From positions 78,150,085 through 78,188,541 of the forward strand of contig NC_068988.1 in the NCBI RefSeq assembly GCF_001194135.2: 38,457 bases of DNA, read 5' to 3'. Shown here in pieces: positions 35,481 to 38,457 of the stretch. The first letter of the stretch is position 1. Each line of letters begins with the position of its first letter. The notes below the pieces were generated by a model. It was not told the DNA's origin. It did not search any database and saw only the letters and a list, made by a program, of their open reading frames with translations. Made by a program: the position numbers and the translations under genes. The stretch comes from Octopus bimaculoides (taxonomy: Eukaryota).

Positions 35481-38101
35481 CATACATAAAAATATAGGTG
35501 TGATATAAAAGCTTATAAAAATATATAAGAATACATATAAAATCACATATAAATAAGGATTACATGTAAAAAGGTATGCGTGATATATATAGGGAGCACA
35601 AAGCGAATGAGAGGTTGATAAATATAGGAATAAAAATCTCAATCTTCTAAATGGCAGACCGCCTAAGATATCAAGGTATTAGGAAATTCCATGGGCTTAT
35701 TCGATATAACGATGGGCTCTTCAGACTCAGCACAGATTATGAATTTAGTGGGCTTGTATCTCCTTGCGGAAATAAAAAGTAGCTTCCCTATTCTATCTGG
35801 TGGGGTTTATATAAGGACGATGCCCTACTTATTGCACGCAGTCTGCCTAATCCTACTGCTGAAAGGGTAAAAAAAGAATTTAAAGAATTTTGTAAAAATT
35901 GTGAAAATTTCTTTAACCTTCATATCATTTTCAATATGAGCTACAAAGTGGCTAACTTACTATAGATAACGTTAGACTTGAGCACCGAACTTTACCACCC
36001 ATGCCGAAAGCCAAACCAAACCCTCAAGTACATCAATGTCTCCTCTAATCATCCTAAGTCAACTATTAATAGCATTATAGTCGCCATCTCTATTCGAGTG
36101 TGAAATCTATCCGCTACCGAGGAAATCTTCAATCAACATATATAATAATGCCTTGAAATTAAGTGGCTTTAATAAAAGTATATACTATATACCAGATACT
36201 AAATTAAAAAGAAAAACCACAAATATGGATCCTAATAATAGCATAGGTATAAGTGAATTAGGGCAATTAAGTGATACTAGCATAAATCAACACCATATTA
36301 AATGCTCTAGACCGAGAAATCATAGGTTAAGTTCTTAGGGGTTTGGTACAGATCTCCAGGTAGAAAAGAACTGGGCTGAGGTATCGGTCAAGGTGACCCA
36401 CATAGTCAAGACCTGGTCTTGGCGGTGGCTAACCTTGAAAGGGAGGGCGGAGGTAGCCAGTGTGTTTATTGCATCGGTCATCATCTACCGTTTAACTGTC
36501 GTTCCTTGTTCAGATTCGTGGTGAGGCAAGTTGGAGAGACAGATCTTCCATTTATTGTGGAAGGGCTCGACTCCACTTGTGAGACATTCTATCTGCTGTC
36601 AAAAAACGTTAAAGGGTCGATTAGGGATGCCTTGGCTGTTGATGCGCACACATGCACTGAGGTTGAGGTATCTTTGGCTTCGCCTGGATGGTGAACAGGT
36701 GTGGTCTCTGCTGGCGAAATGGATGTCTCCCAGGTTCACTAGTTTTGGTGGACAGGAAAACTGATTCCATGGAAGATCGAAGTTGGATACATGGTACACG
36801 GATTATCGTAAGGCTCTCCTGCTTTTCTGTCGCTTGGGCAATGCCAGTGGTTTTGGTACAACTGCATCGTTTTATAGCAGGTTGGTAGCGTCTAGACGTG
36901 ACGATACCCTAGGAGAGACCCTGGGTCTCGATAATAATCAACTGGACAGTCTGTTCCAACAGACATTCGGGCTGAAGACATTGGATACTTCCAAAAGTCT
37001 CTGGTCTGGCAATGTTGTCAAGAAGCCTTACTCATTCAGGATAAGATTACTAGACACGGTCATCCCGGCCCATCAGCATGTCCAAGATGCGAGCAGGAGG
37101 AGGGAAACCGTCCGGCACACTATTGTTCAGTGTCCACAGGTGTCGGAAGTGTGGACTTTTGCAAAACACCTGTTGTTCGACACAAGAAGAGTACAGCTAT
37201 TGTCTGAGTCAATTCTAAAAATTGACCCACCTGATTTTCTAACAAAAGAAGGTAAGAATTGTTTTCTCGTGGCAATAGCGTGATAGGTGATACGAAAATC
37301 GAGAATAAAAGGAATGGCGACAAGCAATTTCATCTCTGGTACCGGGCTGGTGAGTTTTTTTCACTTTTCACCTGAAAAAGAAAGTGGAACTTGAGAGGAA
37401 ATGCCTGTCAGAGAAAATGTTCAAAGATAGATGGAAACGTGTGGCATGAGTCCTGAGCGTGAAAGATACTTTGTGAAAATGACATAGGCCTTATCACAAA
37501 TATTGGTGGGATAGTGGCGCTGGAGCATAATCCTGATTCATCACCTCATTTGTTTTGTCTTTTGTTCATCTATCATTTGTTTTATATATTCTTATATATT
37601 TAATTTTAAATGCATCTCAAAGTTTTTTCATCCGTTTCATCTGACCTCAAAGATCAGATTCTATTGTGCCTTCTATTTTATTGCTCACTTGTGGGCAATA
37701 AAAAGTCATAGCATGATGGCAGCCACCGGGGAGCACATCATCCTGATGGGGACATTATATATATGGAAGTTTTAATCTTATAACCCTAACTAGTAATGTA
37801 CTCCTAAAGCGGCCGTAGATGGAACGCCCTCCTATTTTTCGGATTCGATTTATTTACTGTTCTTAACTTTATACCTTGTGTAACTTTTATCTCATATTTT
37901 AGATGTATTACAAATTTTAGACGATTTAGGTGAATTGCCATTTTGAAGATTGATATTTCTATTCCTATATTTAACAACCCCTCATTCATTTTGTGCCCCC
38001 TATATATATCATACATTACTTTTTACATGTAATCCTTATTTATATGTGATTTTATATGTATTCTTACATATTTTTATATCTCTCCTATATTTTTATGTAT
38101 G
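35481..38101 (+). mobile_element. Third PLE lineage (tentatively Nematis-like): RT fragment ~35685-36335 bracketed by ~180-bp inverted repeats
   Basis: GLFDITMGSSDSAQIMNLVGLYLL..YKDDALL..ITLDLSTELYHPCRKPNQTLKYINVSSNHPKST; arms ~35481-35666 and ~37926-38101. Confidence 0.72.
36335..37705 (+). mobile_element. Tx1/L1-clade LINE 3' fragment nested in the PLE
   Basis: DLQVEKNW..LTLKGRAEVA..YRL, FHLLWKGSTPLVRHSICCQKTLKGRLGMP, zf-RVT-like CPRCEQ / ETVRHTIVQCPQVSEVW, then a T-rich UTR ending GGCAATAAAAAG. Confidence 0.82.
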
Positions 38102-38344
38102 TTTGGTTTTATTCTTTATACACTTGGAGAATCATTATACCTATAAATGCATGGTTTATGTTGATGTGTATAAATATATATGATTCAATTATATTGATTG
38201 AATATCTTCATGTATGCAATTGGGATTTTGGTTGATTGCCTAGGATTTGCGTTTTCATTTTCCTCTACTTTGTATTATTTCGCATTGACTCTCTATGAGC
38301 AGTCAGTAAATAACCCATACTTTCTACAACATACTTAATTTTAT

Positions 38345-38390
38345 ACAAATATATAAGTATATATATACAAATATGTATGTTTATATACAA

Positions 38391-38421
<31 letters not shown>

Positions 38422-38457
38422 CAGATAAATACATATATGTGTGTGTGCATATATATA
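38345..38457. repeat. (AT)n-rich microsatellite
   Basis: Visible. Confidence 0.9.

Noticed and set aside
37740-37775. Hammerhead at CCTGATGGGGACAT..GGAAG
   Set aside because: Core A9, the 3' side of stem II and GAAA are not intact; it is too decayed to call.

Overview
This window is AT-rich eukaryotic repeat-dominated DNA, probably from an octopus or other coleoid cephalopod (inferred from the SINE/LINE repertoire and microsatellite load). It has eight N-gaps (2254-3132, 9123-9753, 12941-13767, 15675-16343, 17302-17311, 23746-24413, 32994-33408, 34610-34801). No intact protein-coding gene can be supported. Most of the sequence is nested, decayed mobile elements: three lineages of Penelope-like elements (PLEs), R4/Dong, RTE and Tx1/L1 LINE fragments, three tRNA-derived SINE families, a probable Helitron carrying TTAGGG-like repeats, pogo and mariner ends, and a Merlin transposase relic. 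The best signals are RNA structures. (1) A complete HDV-like ribozyme fold starts at the first base of a Dong/R4 element and has an atypical hairpin inserted in L3. (2) Hammerhead motifs occur in four unrelated contexts, one with an essentially intact core. (3) A tRNA-like/(UAA)n/hammerhead cassette is built into a Penelope 3' end. (4) A 42-bp minisatellite arose from the end of an RTE ORF. A few minus-strand exon-like segments and CpG decay suggest the window may be intronic. All folds and alignments were done by eye, and element boundaries are approximate.
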